DNA from: Candidatus Micrarchaeaceae archaeon
Lineage (GTDB): Archaea > Micrarchaeota > Micrarchaeia > Micrarchaeales > Micrarchaeaceae
Assembly: GCA_027310535.1 (NCBI GenBank)
Contig: DAIDAQ010000007.1
Span: 1-47,547 of the forward strand
Direction: 5' to 3'
DNA length: 47,547 nt
Position numbers and translations under genes: made by a program. Positions within the stretch are counted from its first letter, which is position 1. Each line of letters opens with the position of its first letter. Below, one piece after another: positions 1-9,106 of this stretch. The notes below the pieces were generated by a model. That model had not been told where the DNA came from. It ran no database searches and was given only the letters and a program-made list of their open reading frames with translations.

Positions 1-451
1 GGATAAAGTCGCGAATAGTTGGCTTGATGGCAGAGGATGTGGAAACGAGGAAAGATGCTGCAGGCCATGTCGTTGTGGAAGCCTACACGAAGACGTTCGG
101 CAAGTGGATGATGCTCGATGCAACGGCCAACACGGTTCCAACCAAGCATGGCAGGCCGCTTAATCTTATAGGGCTTAGGAAGGCGTTATCAACTAACGAC
201 AAGGGACTTAAATTCCTTAACATACCTAAAAAAGCCTGGAGATTAAGTACTCAACATGGCTGTTGCCATATCTGTTTTATCTCAGGGTGTGGTTCGGCAA
301 TAGGATCAACACTAAAGACAAAGGCGCGATGAGCATAATCCTTGGCCGTATCGGGTACAAAAAGCCCAGAGTATTCGAGAGGAAATTGCCGATAGATAAT
401 ACCATCTACACGACTTCAGTAACGGACTTCTATAAGGCACCCAAGAATTGA
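1..451 (+). pseudogene. 3' part of transglutaminase-like protein, runs off the window 5' end; frameshift at A6 run 228-233
   Basis: Frame 3 open from base 3 (IKSRIVGLMAED...GHVVVEAY...KWMMLDAT = transglutaminase-like His/Asp motifs). One extra A in CCTAAAAAAGCC joins it to the frame of ORF 263-451 (KSLEIKYSTWLLPYLFY...DFYKAPKN). Real lesion or assembly error. Confidence 0.6.
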
Positions 452-460
452 TCGCGGCTG

Positions 461-1684
461 CTATTTTGAGTGCCTCTTGCAGAACCTGTTTATCCTGTTG
501 ATTGCCAGCTCCAGCTCCTTCTTAGGCGGCAGAGCAATCATGCGGAAGTGGCTCGGCGAGCCGAACCCGCTGCCCCGCACGACCTGCACGCATTCCTCCT
601 TTAGGAGCTTTGTCGTGAACCCCCTGTCGTCCTTGATTTTCAGGCCGTCCGTGCGGATTCTTGGGAAGATGTAGAAGGCCCCGTTCGGTTCGACTGTCTC
701 CAGGTGCCTGTTCTCCGCGAGAAGTTTCACCGCGTAGTTCACCCTGTCCTCTATGCCGTCGACCATCCTCTTGAGCTCTCTCTTGTGCTCTACCGCGTTG
801 GAGAGCGCCGCGGCGTACGCGTACTGCGCAGGGGTGCTGTTGCTTATCCTGACAGAGGCGAAGTTCGCGAATGCCTTCCTCAGTTCCATCGACCTCCTGT
901 CCGTCTCCGGTATGGCGGCAAACCCTATTCTGAACCCCGTTGCGTCGTAGTTCTTTGAGGCGCCGTTGAGGATCACATGCGGCATGCCCTTGGCCAGCCT
1001 CCCTATGCTGGTGAACGTCGCGTCGTTGTAAATTATCTCGTCGTAGATCTCGTCGCTCACGAGCAGTATGCCGTTCTCGTTCGCTATGTCCACGATCTCC
1101 TCGAGGATCGACCTCCTTAGGACAGTGCCCGTGGGGTTGTTCGGGTTCGTTACCAGCATGTACTTGACTTTCTTCAGCAGATTGCCCTGCTTCAGCCTCT
1201 TGATTGATTTCGTGACATGGTCGATCTCTATGTTCCACCTGTCGCTCTCGTTGTAGTTCTCGAATATTGGATAGCCGCCGGCCATCCTGAGCCACGGGAT
1301 GTAGACCGTGTAATAGGGCCTGAACAGTATCGCCCTGTCGCCCCTGCTTATCAGCGCCTCGTTGAGGGACCGCAACGCTCCCGAGACTCCTGCGGTGACT
1401 ATCACGCCCTCTGGATTGAGCGGCACTCCCTGCCGCCTATACTTCCTCATTATCGCCTCCCTGAGCTCGCCAACACCCGTGAACTCGGAATAGGAGGTCC
1501 TGCCCTGCCGAAGGGCCCTCACGTACGCGTCTATCATGTACTTGGGGGTCGGGAAATAGAGCGGAGGGTCGCCCTGGTTTAGCCTTATGACCCTCCTTCC
1601 TTTCCTCTCGAGCTGCTCTGCTATTCTGTTCTCCTCGTGCAGCGCGTTCTCCGCGTGCTTCGCCCTCTCTGCAAGGAATGCCAT
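461..1684 (-). CDS. PLP-dependent class I/II aminotransferase (aspartate/alanine aminotransferase-like)
   Basis: LNQGDP, NPNNPTG, SDEIY, GASKNY..TGFRIG (PLP lysine), GAFYIFP motifs. Confidence 0.93.
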   Translation of the reverse strand: MAFLAERAKHAENALHEENRIAEQLERKGRRVIRLNQGDPPLYFPTPKYMIDAYVRALRQGRTSYSEFTGVGELREAIMRKYRRQGVPLNPEGVIVTAGVSGALRSLNEALISRGDRAILFRPYYTVYIPWLRMAGGYPIFENYNESDRWNIEIDHVTKSIKRLKQGNLLKKVKYMLVTNPNNPTGTVLRRSILEEIVDIANENGILLVSDEIYDEIIYNDATFTSIGRLAKGMPHVILNGASKNYDATGFRIGFAAIPETDRRSMELRKAFANFASVRISNSTPAQYAYAAALSNAVEHKRELKRMVDGIEDRVNYAVKLLAENRHLETVEPNGAFYIFPRIRTDGLKIKDDRGFTTKLLKEECVQVVRGSGFGSPSHFRMIALPPKKELELAINRINRFCKRHSK

Positions 1685-1690
1685 GACTCC

Positions 1691-2068
1691 TCACTTCACA
1701 ATCTTGGCTCCGCTCGGCATTATCCTCTCGAAGTCCCTGTCGGAAGTAACGAGCGCCTCGCCGTTCGCCATTGCTATTGCCGCTATGAGTATGTCTGCGT
1801 CATCCGCAGTACCCTTCCTCTTCCTCAGCTTCTTGTACAGCTCCACCGCGATGGCGGTCGACTTCGCGTCCATGTAGTATATGTTGAAGCTGTCAAGCAG
1901 TACCCCGAGCAATTCCTCAGCCTTTCCCTCTGCCCCGCGATAGAGCTCATACTCGTTTATGCACGTTATGGAGAATCTCTCCTTGCCCATGTACGAGTTG
2001 ATCGCGTCCACTGACCTCTTCTCACCGTGTAGGTAGTTTATGATAACGCTGCTGTCCAGTATGACCAT
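1691..2068 (-). CDS. vapC: VapC PIN-domain toxin/ribonuclease
   Basis: MVILDSSVII...EL.RG...DADILIAAIA...LVTSDRDF PIN signature; start moved to ATG 2068. Confidence 0.9.
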   Translation of the reverse strand: MVILDSSVIINYLHGEKRSVDAINSYMGKERFSITCINEYELYRGAEGKAEELLGVLLDSFNIYYMDAKSTAIAVELYKKLRKRKGTADDADILIAAIAMANGEALVTSDRDFERIMPSGAKIVK

Positions 2069-2075
2069 GGGATCA

Positions 2076-2303
2076 CTACAGTGTCGGCAGTTCCCTTCTG
2101 AAGCCGCTCTTCCTTCCATGTTCTATATCCTTGAGCCATGCACCCACGTCGCTGCCCTTAAGGGCGCCAGCGAAGACGCTTATGTCGCTCGATCTCCTGT
2201 ACGCGTCCAGCATCTCCGAGAGGAGCTTCGTGAACGACTCGCTGCCCTTGGCCTTGGATAGTTTCTCATAGAGGCTGTCGGATATCGCTATAACCTTCGC
2301 CAT
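2076..2303 (-). CDS. vapB: VapB-type archaeal antitoxin
   Basis: MAKVIAISDSLYEKLSKAKGSESFTKLL pattern typical of archaeal VapB; 75 aa directly upstream of vapC; start moved to ATG 2303. Confidence 0.85.
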   Translation of the reverse strand: MAKVIAISDSLYEKLSKAKGSESFTKLLSEMLDAYRRSSDISVFAGALKGSDVGAWLKDIEHGRKSGFRRELPTL

Positions 2304-2313
2304 CCTATCACTG

Positions 2314-2340
2314 TTTATATATAGTATAAATATATATAAA
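2314..2340. promoter_or_regulatory. Inverted repeat/TATA region upstream of vapB (putative autoregulatory operator)
   Basis: TTTATATATA-N7-TATATATAAA perfect 10-bp inverted repeat 11-37 bp upstream of the vapB ATG; low complexity. Confidence 0.5.
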
Positions 2341-2354
2341 AAGCCTTCCATTAC

Positions 2355-2650
2355 GGGACTGTGCCCAACAATTCCACTATTCAAAGTAAACCCTAGGGCA
2401 TAAAGCCCTAGGGTACATGATGAATTTAGCGATCACCACGTATGTAGACAAGAGGGATTGGAGAACTTATAACCGTATGTTAGTGGAGAGAGGTAGAACG
2501 TCTACGTATGTCAAGACTGCACTGGCTAACTATGAGGCAGACCTACCGCAGATGAATACGAGCAAAGTCGGAGCACCCTACTTGTATACAGACATGCTTG
2601 TAATTGCAGGCTACGCCGTCAAAATTATCTTCAAACTAGGTTACAGAGGT
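2355..2650 (+). mobile_element. IS5-superfamily (IS903-like) remnant: putative left end plus truncated transposase N-terminus (ORF from 2417)
   Basis: RDWRTYNRMLVERG...KVGAPYLYTD...IFKLGYR resembles the IS903-type transposase N-terminus; no DDE core; GGGACTGTGCCCAACAATT (2355-2373) resembles the end of the IS at 28522-28540. Confidence 0.65.
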
Positions 2651-2651
2651 C

Positions 2652-2750
2652 CTGCAGGGAGACCTGTTCGTGAACTACACAGTTGGAGTGGGGGTGAACG
2701 CGACAAGATACCTGGTCCAGGTTACGACTGTCTGCGTGAAGGCCACGTGA
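2652..2750 (+). pseudogene. Orphan 3' end of a small secreted/pilin-like protein
   Basis: Frame reading LQGDLFVNYTVGVGVNATRYLVQVTTVCVKAT* (two N-glycosylation sequons, beta-strand pattern) with no start, fused to the IS remnant. Confidence 0.35.
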
Positions 2751-2751
2751 T

Positions 2752-3393
2752 TCACCTTGCGTCGCTCGAAGGGCAGATATCCTTCAGGACGCACTCCAGG
2801 CAGTACTTTCTCCTGGCGGTGCAGATGTCCCTCCCTAGCGCTATGAAGAGGTTGGAGACGTTCGCGTAGTCTTTCCGGTCGACCAGCTGCATGAGCCTCT
2901 GCTCTATGAACTTTGGGTCGTTCGTGTTCGCGATGCCGAGCCTGTTCGCCACGGTTATGCAGTGCGTGTCTATCGCTATGCCCTCGTGGATGCGGAACGC
3001 GTTGCCCAGGACCACGTTCGCGGTCTTGCGACCCACGCCAGGCAGCTTCACCATCTCCTCTATGGTCGTCGGGATCCTGCCGCCGTGCTCCCTGCTTATC
3101 AGCCTGGCGGTGGCGACTATGTTCTTCGCCTTTCTCTTGTACAGACCGAGCCTTCCGATGTACCTGTAGAGCTGGCTGGGCCTAAGCTTGACAAATTCTC
3201 TGGGTGTTCTGTAGGCCTTGAAGAGCAGCTTCGTTACCTTGTTGACCTGTGCATCTTGCGACTGAGCAGAAAGCATCGTTGCGACCAGCAACTCCCAAGA
3301 GCTGGTGTGTTCTAACGAAGTCTTCATTTCCCTTCTGTACCTGGCCTTGAGCCTCTTGATTACCACATCAACGAACACTCTTTTTTCCTCCAT
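2752..3393 (-). CDS. nth: Endonuclease III (HhH-GPD DNA glycosylase/AP lyase), copy 1
   Basis: LVATMLSAQSQD, LPGVGRKTAN, AIDTH, C-X6-C-X2-C-X5-C Fe-S motif; GGTGA SD before ATG 3393. Confidence 0.93.
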   Translation of the reverse strand: MEEKRVFVDVVIKRLKARYRREMKTSLEHTSSWELLVATMLSAQSQDAQVNKVTKLLFKAYRTPREFVKLRPSQLYRYIGRLGLYKRKAKNIVATARLISREHGGRIPTTIEEMVKLPGVGRKTANVVLGNAFRIHEGIAIDTHCITVANRLGIANTNDPKFIEQRLMQLVDRKDYANVSNLFIALGRDICTARRKYCLECVLKDICPSSDAR

Positions 3394-3462
3394 GAGTTCA
3401 CCCAAGATGCCACTGCACGGTTTAAAGACTTTAAGGATTATAACTATTACTGTGGGGTGTGC

Positions 3463-4113
3463 GTGGCCAAACTTCTTTCAGAGAAGGAAGCAGAAGAGTT
3501 GATAAAGAGACTCGTGGAAATGTACAAGGACGCGAAGTACTACCTTAATTTCAAGACCCCTATAGACCTTGTAGCGGCAGCGATAATGTCGGTGCAGACT
3601 CTCGATGCGACTGTAAACAAGGCAACACCTATACTGTTTATGAAATACAAGACTGCAAATGACTACGCCAATGCAGACACCGAAGAATTGGCCTCTATTA
3701 TAGGAAGCGTCAGCTTCGCCGGCAACAAGGCGAAGAACATAATCAAGACGATGAAAGCCATACAGGAGGATTACAGTGGCAAGGTGCCAAACAGGATGGA
3801 TGAACTTGTCAAATTGCCGGGCATAGGGAGGAAGACAGCTAACACTATCTTGATCAATGCTTACGGAATCGTCGAAGGCATTCCAGTTGATACCTGGGTA
3901 ATAAGCCGCTCGTACAGATGGGGACTCAGCCTGAACAAAGATCCTGAAAAGGTAGAGCAGGATCTCATGAGAACGATCGACAGGAAACACTGGCACAACT
4001 GGGCGTATGTGGTCAAGACGCACGGTCGCACAATCTGCCAAACGGTCCCGATGTGCAGCAAGTGCCCCGTTAACAGGATATGCCCTAAGAACGGCGTTAA
4101 AAAGCAGTTCTGA
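3463..4113 (+). CDS. nth: Endonuclease III-family glycosylase, copy 2 (variant motifs)
   Basis: IMSVQTLD, LPGIGRKTAN, IPVDTWV, CQTVPMCSKCPVNRIC; GTG start inferred. Confidence 0.88.
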   Translation: MAKLLSEKEAEELIKRLVEMYKDAKYYLNFKTPIDLVAAAIMSVQTLDATVNKATPILFMKYKTANDYANADTEELASIIGSVSFAGNKAKNIIKTMKAIQEDYSGKVPNRMDELVKLPGIGRKTANTILINAYGIVEGIPVDTWVISRSYRWGLSLNKDPEKVEQDLMRTIDRKHWHNWAYVVKTHGRTICQTVPMCSKCPVNRICPKNGVKKQF

Positions 4114-4117
4114 TCGC

Positions 4118-5389
4118 ATGAAAGTAATAGCAGACCTGCAGATACACAGCAAGTACGCACGAGCGACCAGCAAGGACATAAGCCTCGAGAACCTCGAGCA
4201 CTATGCGAGGATAAAGGGGATCGATATGCTCGGCACTGCGGACTTCCAGCATCCTTTGTGGAATAGAGAACTGAAGAAAAAACTCAATGAGGACGATAGT
4301 GGGATACTGTGGAGCAAAACAGGTTTTCCTTTTATCTGGCAGACAGAGGTAAGTCTGATGTTCCAGCAGGGTGGTAAGAGCAGGGCTGTTCACTTGCTGC
4401 TCTATGCACCCAATACAGTTACGGCTGACAAAATAATCTCTTATCTCAGTAGCAAAGGCAGGTTGGATTACGATGGAAGGCCTATCTTTGGCATACCATG
4501 TAGAGATGTAGTCAAAGACCTGAAGGCTATAGACGACATGATAGAGATAATCTTTGCGCATTGCATGACACCGTATTTTGGGGTGTATGGAAGCAGATCT
4601 GGCTTTGATTCGATAGAAGAATGCTTAGGCGACCAGGTTGGAAAAGTCTATGCAGTTGAAAGCGGGATGAGTGCAGATCCGGGGATGCTGTGGAGATTTA
4701 AGGAAAAGGTCAACGTGGTCTCATTCAGCGATGCCCATTCCATGTGGCCGTGGAGAATAGGAAGGGAAGCTACAATATTCGAGGTTCCTAAGCCCACTTA
4801 TAGCAATGTAATTCACGCGATACGAACAGGCGAAGGGCTTTTGGGAACGATAGAGACACCGCCTGCCTATGGTAGGTACCATTGGGACGGCCATGCATCC
4901 TGTGAATTTTCCTGCCCGCCATCTGAGACCAAGAAGCTTGACGGGATATGCCCTAAGTGCAACAAAAGACTTACGATTGGCGTTGATTACAGAGTTGAGG
5001 AACTCGCAAAAGAACCAAGAGGTTACAAACCTAAGAATGCAAAGCCCTATTACCAACTGGTTCCTTTGCACGAGCTTATAGCCTTCCACTTGGGTACCAC
5101 GCTGCTGACCTCGAAGAAGGTTTGGGAGAAGTACAACAGGCTGATAGGCGCCTGCAAGACCGAGTTCAACGTCATGCTAGACGCCAGCGAGGAGGAGCTG
5201 AGGTGCGCTCTTCCGGATGACGAAGGGCTGGTCAAGCTCATTATACTCAACAGGGAGGGCAAGCTGCCTATACAACCTGGATATGATGGTGTTTATGGGA
5301 AGATAAACCTTCCAACCAGTGAACCTCGCCAGCCGGCCGCACCTCAAGGCAAGGAAAGCGGGCTATCACTCTTCATGCCAAAGGAGTGA
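4118..5389 (+). CDS. endoQ: Endonuclease Q family protein (PHP domain + Zn finger, TIGR00375-like)
   Basis: ADLQIHSKYARATS, QTEV, GRP, AHCMTPY, GMSADP, SDAHS..RIGRE, GRYHWDGH..C, CPKC...GV..RVEELA, PGYDGVYG; start moved to ATG 4118. Confidence 0.85.
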   Translation: MKVIADLQIHSKYARATSKDISLENLEHYARIKGIDMLGTADFQHPLWNRELKKKLNEDDSGILWSKTGFPFIWQTEVSLMFQQGGKSRAVHLLLYAPNTVTADKIISYLSSKGRLDYDGRPIFGIPCRDVVKDLKAIDDMIEIIFAHCMTPYFGVYGSRSGFDSIEECLGDQVGKVYAVESGMSADPGMLWRFKEKVNVVSFSDAHSMWPWRIGREATIFEVPKPTYSNVIHAIRTGEGLLGTIETPPAYGRYHWDGHASCEFSCPPSETKKLDGICPKCNKRLTIGVDYRVEELAKEPRGYKPKNAKPYYQLVPLHELIAFHLGTTLLTSKKVWEKYNRLIGACKTEFNVMLDASEEELRCALPDDEGLVKLIILNREGKLPIQPGYDGVYGKINLPTSEPRQPAAPQGKESGLSLFMPKE

Positions 5390-5461
5390 TTACCTTACGG
5401 CAGCAAATGCTACCTATTGCTATTAATTTTTATCCGTTTATACAAATAGGAGGGTGAAAAG

Positions 5462-6058
5462 ATGGAGAGCACGATAGACATCGGAGAGGCGGCGCCGGAG
5501 ATAGAGGCGCAGTGCTATTTCCCTGGCACGAAGGAAATCAAGCACTACAAGCTCAGCAAGGACAAGGGCAAGTGGGTTGTGTTGACCTTTTACCCAGGAG
5601 ATTTCACGTTCGTTTGTGCCACGGACGTTGAAGCGTTTACCGGACTATATAACGAGTTTAAAAAGAATAAGGCAGAGGTGTATGCGATCAGCACCGACAG
5701 CATCTTCTCCCACAAATCATGGGCAGAGACATCGCCAAGGGTGAAAGCGAGTAAGATACCGCTAATAGAGGACTTCACCAAAAGGACAACTGGGGAGTAT
5801 GGCTTCCTCAACAGGGCTACCGGCGCCGCCAGGCGGGGCACAGTGATAATCGACCCTGAAGGGAATGTCCAGTACATAGCTGTGCACAACGACGGACTTG
5901 GAAAGGATGCAGAGCACATCTTCACAGCATTCATGGGGTTGAAGACAGTGCATGACACACCCCCGGAAGCAGGCCATGTCTGCGCAATACCAGCAAATTG
6001 GAGGGTGGGCAAGAAAACCCTTGACATTGATGTGCAGAAAGATATCGGGAAGCTCTGA
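5462..6058 (+). CDS. ahpC: Peroxiredoxin (AhpC/TSA family)
   Basis: FYPGDFTFVC peroxidatic motif, ISTDSIFSHKSW, RGTVIIDPEG, VCAIPANW; GGAGGGTG SD. Confidence 0.9.
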   Translation: MESTIDIGEAAPEIEAQCYFPGTKEIKHYKLSKDKGKWVVLTFYPGDFTFVCATDVEAFTGLYNEFKKNKAEVYAISTDSIFSHKSWAETSPRVKASKIPLIEDFTKRTTGEYGFLNRATGAARRGTVIIDPEGNVQYIAVHNDGLGKDAEHIFTAFMGLKTVHDTPPEAGHVCAIPANWRVGKKTLDIDVQKDIGKL

Positions 6059-6275
6059 CTCAATTGCGTAATGCAACTCCCTGTGATCACCATTCGGGTC
6101 TCCCCCTGGGCACATACAGAGCCGCTTTTTACCTGCAAGTTCGCGGCATGAAAATATACGCAACCTGCATTTTGCTTGCAGACAGGTCCATAGGCTCTCC
6201 ATGCCTTCTGTGGATGCAAAGCACATGGCACAGAAAGGTATAGAAATGCTGTAATCTTAATATTGGTGGATCCTG

Positions 6276-7004
6276 ATGGACTCAACAATCGTGCTGCTAG
6301 CGCTCGCAACCTTTGCATCCACGCTCATAGGGGGCACAATAGCTATAAGGCTAAGAAAAGTGTTGCACTACTTCTTCGCCTTCTCAGCTGGGGCTCTCGT
6401 CGCAGTGGCGTTCCTCGATCTGCTTCCCGAGAGCATAAGCACAGCGCAGAACCTAAACTTTCCTATAAGATACGTGCTCATGGTAGCGGTGCTCTCGTTC
6501 TTCGTGTACAATATGATAGAGCGGGCCTTCGCGACCCACCATATTGACAAAGAAGAGAAGGACAAGGAGCACAGCCACATAATGGGTCCGATAGGGGCTG
6601 GGGGCCTGGTAATCCACAGCTTCCTTGACGGTGTCGCGATCGGCAGTGCCTTCTCCCTAAGCCCAGTCGCTGGGGTGATAGTCGCATTTGCAGTCATATC
6701 GCACGACTTTACTGACGGGATAAACACGATCGTAGTAATGCTGAAGAACAGTGGTACGACAAGGAGCGCAAAACTGTTTCTGGTGATGGACGCGGTAGCG
6801 CCTCTGCTTGGGGTGGCAATAATCTCGCAGTTCACCATAAGCCCCATTGTACTGTCAGTGATACTTGCAATATTCGTCGGCGAGTTCATTTACCTTGGAG
6901 CATCAAACATACTGCCCGAGACCAGAAGGCATACCCCATGGAAGATGATGCTGCTTATGGCTGTTGGCATTGCAACAGTGGCTATCCTGACGTCTTTCAT
7001 TTGA
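6276..7004 (+). CDS. ZIP family divalent metal (Zn/Fe) transporter
   Basis: FSAGALVAVAFLDLLPE, His-rich loop, HSFLDG, HDFTDG, multiple TM helices. Confidence 0.9.
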   Translation: MDSTIVLLALATFASTLIGGTIAIRLRKVLHYFFAFSAGALVAVAFLDLLPESISTAQNLNFPIRYVLMVAVLSFFVYNMIERAFATHHIDKEEKDKEHSHIMGPIGAGGLVIHSFLDGVAIGSAFSLSPVAGVIVAFAVISHDFTDGINTIVVMLKNSGTTRSAKLFLVMDAVAPLLGVAIISQFTISPIVLSVILAIFVGEFIYLGASNILPETRRHTPWKMMLLMAVGIATVAILTSFI

Positions 7005-7034
7005 CTGCCCGCCGGCCGTTTGCTTTATGGACGT

Positions 7035-7706
7035 TCAGGCAGAAGCCTTTATCTTCAGCGCCTCTACGTTCTTCATCCTATTTACGCTTGTTAGCGCACG
7101 ATAAGCGGCAAGGACGGTGTTATACTTCGATCTCGTCCTCCCCTTCGAGAAGCTCCAGACATCCCTCAACCCCACGAGCTCCAGCATCTTCTTGAGCGGC
7201 CCGCTCGCGACAATGCCCAGGCCTTTCGGCGCTGGCTTGAAAGTGACCTCCACGCTGCCGCACTTGCCTTTCACTGTTATCGGGAGGCTGTGCTCTGTGC
7301 CGCACTGGCACTGCCATGAGCCGCATCCAAAGACAACCGGCGCTATGTTCCTTTTGGCATTCGTTATTGCGGAGTCGATGGCGGCCTTTACTTCGACGTC
7401 CTTCCCTGAGCCGACCCCAACGTGCCCCTTTCCGTCGCCTACTACTGCAGTGACCCTGAACTTCGCCTTGCGGTTGTTCTTAGTCATCCTCTGAACGTTC
7501 ATTATCTCAATGACTTCGCTCTTGAGGCCCGGAAGCAGGGCCTCTGCAATCCCCTTCTCTTCTATCTTGTGCCCCTGGTGGAAGATCTGCTCGATGGACG
7601 TTATCTCGCGTGCCTTCACTTTCTTCCCAACCTCGGTTACGGGGTTCCAGTGCTCGATGTCAAACGGTGCCTCTTCCTCATATCTCCGCTCTCTTCTGTA
7701 TTCCAA
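7035..7706 (-). CDS. rps5: 30S ribosomal protein S5 (uS5)
   Basis: W.PVT..GK, VQRMT..RKAKFR, GCGSW.C.C, HSLP, PAPKGLG; TTG start after GGTGA. Confidence 0.95.
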   Translation of the reverse strand: MEYRRERRYEEEAPFDIEHWNPVTEVGKKVKAREITSIEQIFHQGHKIEEKGIAEALLPGLKSEVIEIMNVQRMTKNNRKAKFRVTAVVGDGKGHVGVGSGKDVEVKAAIDSAITNAKRNIAPVVFGCGSWQCQCGTEHSLPITVKGKCGSVEVTFKPAPKGLGIVASGPLKKMLELVGLRDVWSFSKGRTRSKYNTVLAAYRALTSVNRMKNVEALKIKASA

Positions 7707-7710
7707 AGTA

Positions 7711-8196
7711 TCACCTACTTATCGCGCCGATCGCCTTCTCAAACAGCTCGATGATATCGCCATGTTTAGAGTGCACCGAAATGTGTGCACCCTTTATCCT
7801 TTTCTCGTCAAACTCTATGTTGTTTTTTATCTTGAGGCCGTTGTCAGCCGCGCCCTTTGCAGCGGCAAACAGGATAGAAGCTTTTGAAGGCTTCCTAAGC
7901 CCTATGTCAAGCACGCACTCCCCGAGGTTGAGCTTGCCAGCCTTCCTCGCAAGCAACTTCCCTGTAAGGTATGCAGTTGGAGTGTTCCTTTTTGCCGGCC
8001 AGTTGAACTCCTTCAGCTCTGACGAATGCGCTGAGGCGACCACCTTGTCTCCGTCCCTATCATATATTATTACCTGGGCTGTTATGCTCCTGTTCGAGCG
8101 CCTGACCACGACCCTCGGGAGCCTGCCCTGGAGGAGTGCAGCGCTCTTTATATAGTTCGTCCTTCCCTCCCTTCTCCTTCTTCTTATCGTGTGCAT
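7711..8196 (-). CDS. rpl18: 50S ribosomal protein L18 (uL18)
   Basis: RRRREGRTNY, RVVVRRSN, NTPTAYLTG, LDIGL. Confidence 0.93.
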   Translation of the reverse strand: MHTIRRRRREGRTNYIKSAALLQGRLPRVVVRRSNRSITAQVIIYDRDGDKVVASAHSSELKEFNWPAKRNTPTAYLTGKLLARKAGKLNLGECVLDIGLRKPSKASILFAAAKGAADNGLKIKNNIEFDEKRIKGAHISVHSKHGDIIELFEKAIGAISR

Positions 8197-8200
8197 ATTA

Positions 8201-8671
8201 TCACAGTTTCTTCAGCTCTGCAGCCCTCTCGTCGGCGATCTTCACGCCTCCGCGTATGTGGTTTATCATTGACATCTTTGTCTGGAATGTACCACCCTTA
8301 ACCAGTGCATAATACCTCTTGAACGTTGCGTTGTTTATCTCGCCGCTCTTTTTGAGCGCCTTGAGGACCCTTCTCTGCGCGCGCACCTTCTTCTTATAGC
8401 TGTAGCCCGTCCTTGCGTTGCTTGTCCCCTTCCTCCTGCCATGGCCACGTGACCTTCCCATACGCCTCTTCTCCCTAAGCTCTTTCCCGTGGAGGCTCGC
8501 ATTCTTCTTGGCAGGCAGGGCGTAGATCTTGCCCGCCTTCACAAGCTCCCTGACATCATCCTTTGTCAGTGCCTTCTTCGCATCCCCGAGCGAGCCTTCA
8601 GCTATCCTTACACTGCTGACTCCCCTCTTCAGCAGCGCGGCCGCCGCCCTCTTTGTAAGCTTAATGCTCAT
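8201..8671 (-). CDS. rpl19e: 50S ribosomal protein L19e
   Basis: KRAAA.LLKRG, GRSRGHGRRKGTSNAR, YALVKGGTF. Confidence 0.93.
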   Translation of the reverse strand: MSIKLTKRAAAALLKRGVSSVRIAEGSLGDAKKALTKDDVRELVKAGKIYALPAKKNASLHGKELREKRRMGRSRGHGRRKGTSNARTGYSYKKKVRAQRRVLKALKKSGEINNATFKRYYALVKGGTFQTKMSMINHIRGGVKIADERAAELKKL

Positions 8672-9101
8672 TTCCTACACCTTTTGCTGCCATCCCCTTT
8701 TCAGCATCGCCTTTGTTGGCAGGCTCTTCTTTCTGCCTGCCGTGGTTTGCTATCCCTATCCCGTACTTCCTTGAGGCCTCTACTATCGACAGCCTTTTCC
8801 TCTTTGAGACAGAGTGTGCTATGATTGCATCGTGCGTCTTATCCATTCCACTGCTGCGGATGGCTTCGATGTCGGCCACGTTGTGCACAAGCGTCAGTCT
8901 CTTCCCGCTGAGCCTTACGTGCCTTACCTCCTCAGGGTTCCTGTAGCCTATTGTTGGCTCTGCACCCATAAACGCCTTCTTGACCCTCTTCTTGTTGTCG
9001 ATCCCCCTCTGCTTCCTCCATCTCTCCTTGACGCGCTTCCTGCTCTTCGTGCCATAGTTTGGTACGTTGAATTTCGGATGTGCTTTCTTCTTTGCTAGCA
9101 T
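8661..9101 (-). CDS. rpl32e: 50S ribosomal protein L32e
   Basis: WRKQRGIDNK, PTIGY, LVHNV.D, IAHSVSKRKR; start 9101 chosen. Confidence 0.92.
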   Translation of the reverse strand: MLAKKKAHPKFNVPNYGTKSRKRVKERWRKQRGIDNKKRVKKAFMGAEPTIGYRNPEEVRHVRLSGKRLTLVHNVADIEAIRSSGMDKTHDAIIAHSVSKRKRLSIVEASRKYGIGIANHGRQKEEPANKGDAEKGMAAKGVGNEH

Positions 9102-9106
9102 GAATA

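Noticed and set aside
522..1582. Long overlapping ORFs on the aminotransferase (e.g. 522-1295) and similar shadow ORFs over r-protein, gdhA, RNAP and giant genes
   Set aside because: Off-frame or antisense shadows of well-supported genes; no motifs
5060..5260. Local GC rise near the 3' end of endoQ suggesting a mosaic gene
   Set aside because: Based on a few hand-counted 60-bp lines only; too short to separate from noise
6059..6275. Possible small RNA or ORF between ahpC and the ZIP gene
   Set aside because: No convincing stem-loop family, box C/D pair or coding signal recognised
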